From Arcobacteraceae bacterium (GTDB lineage Bacteria > Campylobacterota > Campylobacteria > Campylobacterales > Arcobacteraceae), in contig OY759974.1 of NCBI GenBank assembly GCA_963662945.1, forward strand, positions 1,632,001 through 1,696,000: a stretch of DNA of 64,000 nt. Reading direction: 5' to 3'. Positions 1 through 12,200 of this stretch are shown piece by piece. Each line of letters starts with the position of its first letter. The stretch's first letter is position 1. Position numbers and translations under genes: made by a program. The notes under the pieces were generated by a model. It was given only the letters and a program-made list of their open reading frames with translations, made no database searches and had not been told where the DNA came from.

Positions 1-222
1 TCGAACTTTAGCTTCAGCACCTATTAAGATAGAAGACAGTTCCATTAAAGGTTGTCTCCATTGATGTGCAATATTTCCTATCATTTCACCCATCGCAGCC
101 ATTTTGGATTGTTGCGTTAATATTTTATTATGTTGTTCATTTGTTTGTAAAACAGTATTTTTTAAATTTTTAAGTTCATCTTCTAAAGAAGCTATTTTCT
201 CTAAGTATTGTTGTTCATTCAT
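1..222 (-). CDS. Sensor histidine kinase, N-terminal part (runs off the window start)
   Basis: Own translation from ATG at 222: MNEQQYLEKIASLEDELKNL...QQSKMAAMGEMIGNIAHQWRQPLMELSSILIG. This is the H-box typical of Campylobacterota kinases; no TM segment precedes it. Confidence 0.85.
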   Translation of the reverse strand, partial: MNEQQYLEKIASLEDELKNLKNTVLQTNEQHNKILTQQSKMAAMGEMIGNIAHQWRQPLMELSSILIGAEAKVR

Positions 223-232
223 AGGTATATTA

Positions 233-261
233 TAACAAGAGAGTTATAAACTCTCTTGTTA
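233..261 (-). terminator. Hairpin at the 3' end of the adhesin gene, probable terminator
   Basis: taacaagagagtt-ata-aactctcttgtta is a perfect 13-bp stem overlapping the stop codon. Confidence 0.65.
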
Positions 262-3200
262 ATTTAATCCTGTAGTATCTAAATCGTTATCTATAAATAC
301 TGAAATAGTACTATTATTTGTATTCGTATATTCAGTGAAGTCTTGACCATCAATATTAGTTGTTGTATCAGATCTTTGCCAACCATCATTTTCATCTAGA
401 TTAATAGTATCACCATTATCACCTCTGATAACTAAATCATTGTCTTCATCTGTTATAGCAACTATATCTTCTAAATCAATATGAATTGTATCGTTAGAGT
501 TATTATTACTTAAATTAATCTCTTCAATATTGTTAACACGTGAAGCTATAGAACTTAAATCAAAATTACCATCTGTATCAAGTATATCATATCCAGTACC
601 GCCATCAATAGTTGCTGTATCTGATGTTAATGTGAATCTTTCACTCACTGAATCCATACTAATATTTAGATTAAAAGTTGCACTATCTCCATCTTCATCT
701 GAAACTTTTACCTCAAAGGTTTCTTTATCACCATCATCATATTGAGACTGCTTTGCTTCAAAAGTATATGAACCATCCATAAAATCAACAGTTAAACTAC
801 CACCATTAGTTGTAGTAATAGTTGTCTCATCGGCATCTGTAGGTTTAGTATATTCTATACCATCTACAGTTATAGAATCTATAGTTCCCTCAGAATCTGC
901 ACCAAAGAAAATGTTACCAGAAAGTGAACCAGTAATATTACCAAGGATTGTATCACTTAGTTTTGTAGGATCTGTAACTTGTTCAACCGATGCATTATTT
1001 CCAACTGCAAGTTGTGCTAAATAACTTCCAGCTGATGTATCAATACCTGTTCCAATACCCAATGCTTGAATCTCTATATTATTATTAGTAATAAAGCTTG
1101 TCCATTGGCTAATGTATGCACTGTCAAGCCAGCTTTTTGATCCATCAGTATCTCCTGAATCTGAATTGTCATATCCATTATTATCCCAAGTACTTTTATA
1201 AGTATTTGTATTGTTAACACTTGTAAACTCAGCTGTTGGATTTCCATCTGAAAGGAAGTATGCCACTGTTGTATCAGCATTTGGAGTACCAATATTATAT
1301 GAATCAACTGTTTCATCTATAGCTGCTTCATAATTTGTATATTGTCCAATACCGCTATTGCTTACATTATTTACTATTGCTTTAAAGCTATCAAAATTAT
1401 TCTCTGTAACAGTCATCCAACTTTGTTGACCACTTGCATTTGAAAAATCCACCATTTTTGCAGTTTCAGCAAAAAGTGTAAGATTTACATTAACAGCTCC
1501 TTGTGACATATATGCTCCTACAGCATCAATAATAGCATCTTTTGCTAATTCAAGCCTATCAGTCTGAGTACCATCATCTAAAGTAATTTTACCATCATTA
1601 TTTGTCATTGAACCAGAAACATCAAGTGTAAATACTAAGTTTGTAGTGGTTGTAGCAGTTACAGTCCCATCAGCTCCAAATGTTAGTTGAGCATTTTGAT
1701 CACTTACAGTTGGTATATCATCAACTATTCTTACATCTAAAGTATTTTCTTTTGTATCTCCGTCTGTATCTGTTACTTTAATACTAATACTATCTACTAC
1801 ACTGTCTTTTTGATTTGCAACTGTATGGTCAGTAGTATTTTCTTTTATTTCATAACTATAGTTTACCATTCCTGTTGTAGCATCATATCCATTGATCTCA
1901 ATCTCACCATAGGTAGTTGTAATAACTTTTGGAGTAGCTACAATATCTAACAATTCACTTTCAGTGATAGTTGTTCCGTTTATAGAAATATTTGAAAGAC
2001 CATCTTCTGTGGTAATTTTAAATGTACCAGTTGTCATTTCTCTGTCATCATAAGAATTTGTAAGTGCTTCTTCATATACAATATTATCACCATCAATATT
2101 TGGTGTAGAATCAGTTATCTCAATATTTATTAAAGCATCACTTGCAGTTGCCTCTTTGTAATTAAGACCATTTTCATTTTCATTTGTTTCTGTTGCTCTT
2201 GCAGTGATATTTAAATTTAAGTCAGAATGTTGTTCAGAAGTAGTCATTGTTAAAGTGTCGCTGATTGTTTTTACCCCTGCCGGAACTGTAACATCCCAAG
2301 AACCATCATTATTATCAACTAAGGTATAAATATCACTTGATAACACAGCTCCAATTGGAACACCAGTAATTGATACAGTTAATGTTTCACTGTTATCTGT
2401 ATCCGCTAAAGCTGCACTTATATTAATATCATATTTATATTCTGTTGTAGTTGTAACACCACCATTTACATCACAATTTAATCCACTTCCATCACCAAAA
2501 GCAATCCCTTCAATATTATTAAATGTTAATGTTTTCCCTGTATCTCTATCAACTATATGACCATCTAGATTATCATGGAAGTGAATATCGCTAAAGTAAT
2601 AACTTGAAGCAGGTTTACTTAAATATAAGATATCTGTACCATCACCTCCAGCAATAGCAGGTTGATTTGCTCCAATATCACCAATAATTGCAATAATATC
2701 ATCTCCATCACCTGCATTTATATTTGAACCACCTTGTATCTCACCTTTTGCTATAATGACATCATTATCATCAGTTCCTAGAACATTTCCATTTTGAACA
2801 ATATTTCCTTCAAAAATAACTCTATTTGAAGTCATGTGATATGTATTATTTATTGTATCAGAAACAACTGTTGCAGAAGAGCTATCAAATGCAGTTGAAT
2901 TATTTAAGTCAATATTATTGATATCTCTTGTTGCATTTTGATTACTAATATTATCATAAAGGGCTAAATCAGAGTCACCAAATGATGTTAATTCAAGATT
3001 ATATTGATCTTGTGCAGGGTTGCCATTTTGATCTTGAGCAAGTTGTATAACCTGATCAGCAGATACATTTCCTTTATCTTGAAGATAAGCAATTAAGTTT
3101 CCTAAATCTTGAGATGTTGAACAAACTTCACCCACTGTAGTAGTAACTATCTCTTCTCCACTTACATTAATGCTTACAGTAGGAATATCTGCTATAGCTG

Positions 3201-6200
3201 TTACCTCTACAGTTGTAGTATGAGTATCACTCCATAGCTCTCCATCACTAACTTTAAAGTTAAAACTACTATCATTATCTGTATCCTTTGATGGTGTAAA
3301 TGAAAGTTTTCCAGTAGTAATATCTGATACATTAATTTCAGTATTTGCAGATATTTCTATTCCATTAAGTTTTAAAACACCATTTGTTGGAAGTGATTCT
3401 ATACTTATTTTTTGAGCTTCTGTTTCATCAGAATATGTTCCAAAGTCATCCATTGTTAATGTATATGGTGTATCTTCTGGTGTTGTAATAGAATCGTCTG
3501 TAGTTGTCGGTGTTGCATTTGTATCCGCTTCAGGAACAGGTGTATCAGTAGCTACATCAATAACTACTTTTACCTCTTCACTAGAATTATTTGATTCATC
3601 AATAACTTTATATTCAAATTCAACTCCTGGAACTTCATGATAAGTAATTCCACCTATAAAGTAGTCACTTGAATCTGTAGATGAACCTTGTGAAGCATAC
3701 TCTTGTGCTGAGAATCTTAATTGGTCAAATACAAGATTATCTATATTAAGTGTTCCTGAGTTACTTCCAGCACTATTATTTGAACCATGTGATTCAGCTG
3801 TAAGTACATAATCAGCACCAGCAGAAGAATTATTAGAAAAAGTAAATACTCCTAAAGATTTTCCATCTAAAAATGCTTCAAATGTACCTACTTCTCCACC
3901 ATTTTCGCCTTGAATTAAGTGAGTGATAGCAACACTAGCATCTGTAACAGGATTTTTAAAATCAAATATTATTGATTCTGCTTTTTGAGCAGTTGGATCA
4001 TAACCTAATTGGTTAGATGGTCCACTTCCTGTATTCCCACTTACTCCTATACCGTCATTTGTAACATAATTTATACTTGCTTCTTGATTGTTTTCATCCC
4101 TTGCGATAACAGTTACATCATCACTTTGCCAACTTGCTGTGATTCCATTATCATAAATACCACCAATAGATTTTTCTTCAGTTTGAGCAGGTACTTGTTC
4201 ATGTGTAGCAGACCAATATACAGTGTCCGCAGTATTCAGTAGTGTTGATGCTTCATCTAAATTAGATGCATCTAGTTTAGTATAAACATCACCAACTTGA
4301 ATATAAACATCACCATAAGTAGGTAATGAAGTGATATCAAATACTAGATTATTTTCTATAGTTTCTATATCTTGTCCACCTAAGTCAGCTGGATCAGAAG
4401 AATCATTTTCTGCATTTGTTATATCTCCATCAAGACCACCACCAATATCAAGTTTTTTAAAGAATGCTATCTCTGCTTCATTTGGAGTATTTGTTTCTGA
4501 TGCAAAAGTAGCAAGTACTGCATCATCTGTATCAAGATTTGAAGTTGTTAAAACTGCATCTGCAACAGGAGGATTAGTATCATCATCAAGTATAGTTACA
4601 GTTCCAGTATCACTTTCTCCTGTACTTAATGTAGCACTTAGACTAAATAGTTCATCATCTTCATTTACATTATTTTCAACAGTATCCATTTTCACTGCAA
4701 ATTTACTTGCACCTTCAGGTATTGAGATTGGATTATTTGAATCGTATACAGTCCAATGAGTTCCATCAAAACTATAAGAGAATGTAGCATCATAATCTTC
4801 AGTTACAAGTGCAGTTCCATCAGCGAGTGTTAATGATACAGTACTATTAGCTTCAGCTCCACTTATTTTAACCGCAAGAACTGCTTCTTCACCCTCATTT
4901 ACAATTATATTATGTGATTGAATATCTGCATCACACATTGTTCCTACAAAAATTGATGGTTCCCCTACAGGTTTTACATTAAGGTAAACTGTTGCTGTAT
5001 CTTGAGCACCAAGTTCATCTTGAATTGTATATTTGAATGTAGCAGGTCCATTATAATCTGGATTAGGGGTAAATGTAATATTTCCATTAGCATCCATAGT
5101 TACAGAACCATTAGTAGCATCTTGTACACTAATCACTTCAAAAGTATGACCTTCTGGATCATTATCATTTTCCATAATTCTATCAGCTGTAATCGTTAAA
5201 GAGTTGTCTTCTAGCATATCAAATTCATTTTGATGGTACTCAGTTCCATCTCCATTATATCTATGAGCAGAGATTCCATTTTCATCTTGCCATGAGATTA
5301 CATAGCTACCATCTTCAAGTGTTGTAACAGCAGGTAGTGTTTGTGCAGTAGTATTTTCACTTACAATTGTAGCATCTGATACATTTGTACCATCAAAAGT
5401 TTTAGCAAATATTGTTCCATTTTCTTCGTAAACAATTACTACACCAGCTGCAAGTGCAGTAATAACTGGATTTGCTCCAGCTGCTATAGTAACCTCAGAA
5501 CCTACACCAGTAGTTGATACAGTTTTAGCCATTATATTTGTATCACTTTGGTAAGTGATAATTGCAGTTCCATTTGATAAAGCAGTTACCTCTGGATTTG
5601 TTTGATTTTCTGCCCCTGTAGCTATAGCAATATCTGAATTTGAAACTACTTCAAGCCCATTAGAAGTTAATTTTAAAGTTTGAGCATAAATATCAAAGTC
5701 ACCATTTGTTCCATTTTGTGATTGCCAAGTCATGATTGCTGTATTATCATCTATCATAACAATATCTGAATCTAATTGATCATTTGTTGTTAATTGATTT
5801 ACAATTACTCTATCACCAACTTCATTTCCAAGTGCATCAAATCTTTGTGCAATAACCCCAAAACCACTTCCATCGTGAGTATCGCTATAAATTGGATTAT
5901 CTGTACCATCTGTTGGATTATTTGCAGTGCCATCATGGTCAGTATTATCAAGTCTAGCATCTGCTGACCATGTTACAATAAATCCACCATCTGGAAGTGC
6001 TACTATTGGATCATATTCTGCACGAGCTACTGTGAATTCTCCACATACAGGATTTCCATTTACATCATAGATTTGACCTTGAATATAGCTACTACCATTA
6101 TCCCAACTATCTTGACCAACATATTGATCATCAGATGTCCAAGTAACTAGATAGTTTCCATTTTCAAGTCCAACAACATTTACATCATGTTGACTTCTTC

Positions 6201-9200
6201 CCCCATCTTCATTTACATTTGTAACAAAAGTATTTACTCTAGTAACATCACCTATAGGTTCTCCGTCTGCATCATATCTTTGGATAAATACATCATGATT
6301 TACTAATCCATTTTGCCATACTGTTTCACCACTATCATTTGTATCTCCATCATTGTTGAAGTCATTTACAATAGCACTTTTATACGAGTCACCACTTACT
6401 TCTGTCCATGCTACAACAAACCCACCATCTTTTAGCGCTGCCACATCTGGTTCAGATTGGTTACCATTGTCAAAAGATGTAACTTCAAATTCACCTTGTG
6501 CTGTTTCAACTTTTCCATAATCATCTGTAGCTATTACTGTGTTTGTATAGTCACCAGTATTTAAACTACATCCACCTATATCAACTGTTATCTCTTTTGT
6601 ATTACTTGTTTTATCACCATCATTAACAGTAAATTCAAATGTTCTTGGATCTCTATTTTCACTATCTGTTTCAAATGTAAGTGACTTCACTGCTTCTTCG
6701 TATTGTCCAATTGTTGCACTACCACTAAGTGTAATAACTAAAGTACCATTGATTACTTCACTATTTCCACTAATTCCATTAGGTAAGTTTTCATATTTGA
6801 TTTCATCACCAGTTTGGTAGTTTTTAAGAACAATTGTAGCACTTTCTAAATTCGTATCATCAACATCTGAAAGTTGAATATTATTTAAAATTTGATCAGT
6901 TTGACTTAATGTTTCACAAGGTTTTATTGTAAGTACAACATCATCATAATCTTTGTCTCCTAAACTCAAATCTTCAAATCCAAGAATTAGTCCACCATCT
7001 TCATTTACAGTTGCTATTACATGATCATGATTATCTGAATTTAAATCATTATCACTATAATAAGCAGTTTGTACAGTATTATTAATAACCATATTCCCTT
7101 GGTCATCAAATGTGATTTCTGAGTTTGTAGTAATATTTTTATCTCCTCCATCAGGGATAATAAAGAAACCTACATTTCCTACAAGATTATTTAATGTACC
7201 TAACATCTCTGCTTGTGTTCCTACAAAGCTAGCATCTTCAACATAAATTATATGTGCTTCTGTAGGATTTCCATTCTCATCTGCTAAATAGTATCCTATT
7301 GCGTTATGATAACTTGCTTGACCACCATTATATTCAACTGACATACTTGATGAAACAGTTCCCATATTTATATTTAAATCTCCATTTTCACCAGCAAAAA
7401 TAAGACCTTTATCAGCGTGTGTGAAATCATCAGGAGTATATTCATCAGCAATGCCATCACCATCAATATCTATAAGCCCATCAATAGTATGTGTAGCTCT
7501 ATCATTTGCACTAATTGATGTAATAACTGGAGCATCATCTTTCCCCTCTACAGTAATAGATAATTTTGCTGTATCATCTGGATTATATCCATCACTTAAT
7601 GTATATGTAAATTGATCAATTTCTGATTTTCCTACATTCCAACTATCTGTGATACTTTCATTTACATCATAAGTATAAGCACCAGTATTATTGATAGTTA
7701 ATGTTCCATAATCACCTGTAATAGTAATATCATCTCCATTTGTAGGTATATTGATAACTGAACCATTGAAATTGATAGCTGTTATACTTAATGGATTTGA
7801 ACCAATATCTGCTTGACTATCTGTGATAACATTACCTGTTGCACTTTGTCCATCATTAGCTTCATCTTCAGCTGCTATAAACTCTGTACCAGTTTCTGTA
7901 GCAGTATTTGTATTATCTTTCGCTTCAGGTGCAATATCATTATCAGTTATAGTTGTTGTAACAACTCCATCTATATCAACAGCTTCATAGATTAATCCAC
8001 TTGTAGGAGCTACGTAGTTTCCTATAGATATTTCTAAGTTTTCACTATTTTCAGCTACTTTATCATCTACTGCATCCATACTAATTGCAGTACCTAAGGC
8101 TATAGAAGTTATAGTAGTTTGTGGTGTATAATCATTATTTTCAGTTGTTTTATTTGTAAAAGTAAAGTCAACTTTTCCTAATTGAGTATCAAGTTGAGTA
8201 CTATCATTGAATACTGTAGTATTTGGTTCAAATGCAAGAGCTACATAATGAGTTGCCCCACCTTCAGCTGTTTCATTAACTGTTAAGTAATTCCCTTGAG
8301 TATCTGTTAATGGGTTTCCATTACTATCTGATGCAAATACTCTAATCATAACTGTATCCTCAAAATCCACAACTTTAGCAGAGGCAGTAGCACCAGTTAC
8401 ATCAGTAGCTTCAAAGTTTCCACCGTTAATAGATTTTACAGTTGCAGTAATAGTTTGCTCATCGTTGTAAACATCCATATCTTTAGAAGGAATATCTAAT
8501 GAACCTTTACCGTTTGCATCTAAGGTTACAGTGTATTCTGTTCCTCCAACTTCAACTGTTAATGTAGCAGTTGTTCCAGCTTGTGGTGGGTTTGTAGTTT
8601 CAAAGTTAAATGTTACATTCTCTGCATTCTCATTTACATCCGCTGTTGTTACAGTTACTTTAGTAGTATCCTCAAAATCCACAACTTTAGCAGAGGCAGT
8701 AGCACCAGTTACATCAGTAGCTTCAAAGTTTCCACCGTTAATAGATTTTACAGTTGCAGTAATAGTTTGCTCATCGTTGTAAACATCCATATCTTTAGAA
8801 GGAATATCTAATGAACCTTTACCGTTTGCATCTAAGGTTACAGTGTATTCTGTTCCTCCAACTTCAACTGTTAATGTAGCAGTTGTTCCAGCTTGTGGTG
8901 GGTTTGTAGTTTCAAAGTTAAATGTTACATTCTCTGCATTCTCATTTACATCCGCTGTTGTTACAGTTACTTTAGTAGTATCCTCAAAATCCACAACTTT
9001 AGCAGAGGCAGTAGCACCAGTTACATCAGTAGCTTCAAAGTTTCCACCGTTAATAGATTTTACAGTTGCAGTAATAGTTTGCTCATCGTTGTAAACATCC
9101 ATATCTTTAGAAGGAATATCTAATGAACCTTTACCGTTTGCATCTAAGGTTACAGTGTATTCTGTTCCTCCAACTTCAACTGTTAATGTAGCAGTTGTTC

Positions 9201-12200
9201 CAGCTTGTGGTGGGTTTGTAGTTTCAAAGTTAAATGTTACATTCTCTGCATTCTCATTTACATCCGCTGTTGTTACAGTTACTTTAGTAGTATCCTCAAA
9301 ATCCACAACTTTAGCAGAGGCAGTAGCACCAGTTACATCAGTAGCTTCAAAGTTTCCACCGTTAATAGATTTTACAGTTGCAGTAATAGTTTGCTCATCG
9401 TTGTAAACATCCATATCTTTAGAAGGAATATCTAATGAACCTTTACCGTTTGCATCTAAGGTTACAGTGTATTCTGTTCCTCCAACTTCAACTGTTAATG
9501 TAGCAGTTGTTCCAGCTTGTGGTGGGTTTGTAGTTTCAAAGTTAAATGTTACATTCTCTGCATTCTCATTTACATCCGCTGTTGTTACAGTTACTTTAGT
9601 AGTATCCTCAAAATCCACAACTTTAGCAGAGGCAGTAGCACCAGTTACATCAGTAGCTTCAAAGTTTCCACCGTTAATAGATTTTACAGTTGCAGTAATA
9701 GTTTGCTCATCGTTGTAAACATCCATATCTTTAGAAGGAATATCTAATGAACCTTTACCGTTTGCATCTAAGGTTACAGTGTATTCTGTTCCTCCAACTT
9801 CAACTGTTAATGTAGCAGTTGTTCCAGCTTGTGGTGGGTTTGTAGTTTCAAAGTTAAATGTTACATTCTCTGCATTCTCATTTACATCCGCTGTTGTTAC
9901 AGTTACTTTAGTAGTATCCTCAAAATCCACAACTTTAGCAGAGGCAGTAGCACCAGTTACATCAGTAGCTTCAAAGTTTCCACCGTTAATAGATTTTACA
10001 GTTGCAGTAATAGTTTGCTCATCGTTGTAAACATCCATATCTTTAGAAGGAATATCTAATGAACCTTTACCGTTTGCATCTAAGGTTACAGTGTATTCTG
10101 TTCCTCCAACTTCAACTGTTAATGTAGCAGTTGTTCCAGCTTGTGGTGGGTTTGTAGTTTCAAAGTTAAATGTTACATTCTCTGCATTCTCATTTACATC
10201 CGCTGTTGTTACAGTTACTTTAGTAGTATCCTCAAAATCCACAACTTTAGCAGAGGCAGTAGCACCAGTTACATCAGTAGCTTCAAAGTTTCCACCGTTA
10301 ATAGATTTTACAGTTGCAGTAATAGTTTGCTCATCGTTGTAAACATCCATATCTTTAGAAGGAATATCTAATGAACCTTTACCGTTTGCATCTAAGGTTA
10401 CAGTGTATTCTGTTCCTCCAACTTCAACTGTTAATGTAGCAGTTGTTCCAGCTTGTGGTGGGTTTGTAGTTTCAAAGTTAAATGTTACATTCTCTGCATT
10501 CTCATTTACATCCGCTGTTGTTACAGTTACTTTAGTAGTATCCTCAAAATCCACAACTTTAGCAGAGGCAGTAGCACCAGTTACATCAGTAGCTTCAAAG
10601 TTTCCACCGTTAATAGATTTTACAGTTGCAGTAATAGTTTGCTCATCGTTGTAAACATCCATATCTTTAGAAGGAATATCTAATGAACCTTTACCGTTTG
10701 CATCTAAGGTTACAGTGTATTCTGTTCCTCCAACTTCAACTGTTAATGTAGCAGTTGTTCCAGCTTGTGGTGGGTTTGTAGTTTCAAAGTTAAATGTTAC
10801 ATTCTCTGCATTCTCATTTACATCCGCTGTTGTTACAGTTACTTTAGTAGTATCCTCAAAATCCACAACTTTAGCAGAGGCAGTAGCACCAGTTACATCA
10901 GTAGCTTCAAAGTTTCCACCGTTAATAGATTTTACAGTTGCAGTAATAGTTTGCTCATCGTTGTAAACATCCATATCTTTAGAAGGAATATCTAATGAAC
11001 CTTTACCGTTTGCATCTAAGGTTACAGTGTATTCTGTTCCTCCAACTTCAACTGTTAATGTAGCAGTTGTTCCAGCTTGTGGTGGGTTTGTAGTTTCAAA
11101 GTTAAATGTTACATTCTCTGCATTCTCATTTACATCCGCTGTTGTTACAGTTACTTTAGTAGTATCCTCAAAATCCACAACTTTAGCAGAGGCAGTAGCA
11201 CCAGTTACATCAGTAGCTTCAAAGTTTCCACCGTTAATAGATTTTACAGTTGCAGTAATAGTTTGCTCATCGTTGTAAACATCCATATCTTTAGAAGGAA
11301 TATCTAATGAACCTTTACCGTTTGCATCTAAGGTTACAGTGTATTCTGTTCCTCCAACTTCAACTGTTAATGTAGCAGTTGTTCCAGCTTGTGGTGGGTT
11401 TGTAGTTTCAAAGTTAAATGTTACATTCTCTGCATTCTCATTTACATCCGCTGTTGTTACAGTTACTTTAGTAGTATCCTCAAAATCCACAACTTTAGCA
11501 GAGGCAGTAGCACCAGTTACATCAGTAGCTTCAAAGTTTCCACCGTTAATAGATTTTACAGTTGCAGTAATAGTTTGCTCATCGTTGTAAACATCCATAT
11601 CTTTAGAAGGAATATCTAATGAACCTTTACCGTTTGCATCTAAGGTTACAGTGTATTCTGTTCCTCCAACTTCAACTGTTAATGTAGCAGTTGTTCCAGC
11701 TTGTGGTGGGTTTGTAGTTTCAAAGTTAAATGTTACATTCTCTGCATTCTCATTTACATCCGCTGTTGTTACAGTTACTTTAGTAGTATCCTCAAAATCC
11801 ACAACTTTAGCAGAGGCAGTAGCACCAGTTACATCAGTAGCTTCAAAGTTTCCACCGTTAATAGATTTTACAGTTGCAGTAATAGTTTGCTCATCGTTGT
11901 AAACATCCATATCTTTAGAAGGAATATCTAATGAACCTTTACCGTTTGCATCTAAGGTTACAGTGTATTCTGTTCCTCCAACTTCAACTGTTAATGTAGC
12001 AGTTGTTCCAGCTTGTGGTGGGTTTGTAGTTTCAAAGTTAAATGTTACATTCTCTGCATTCTCATTTACATCCGCTGTTGTTACAGTTACTTTAGTAGTA
12101 TCCTCAAAATCCACAACTTTAGCAGAGGCAGTAGCACCAGTTACATCAGTAGCTTCAAAGTTTCCACCGTTAATAGATTTTACAGTTGCAGTAATAGTTT

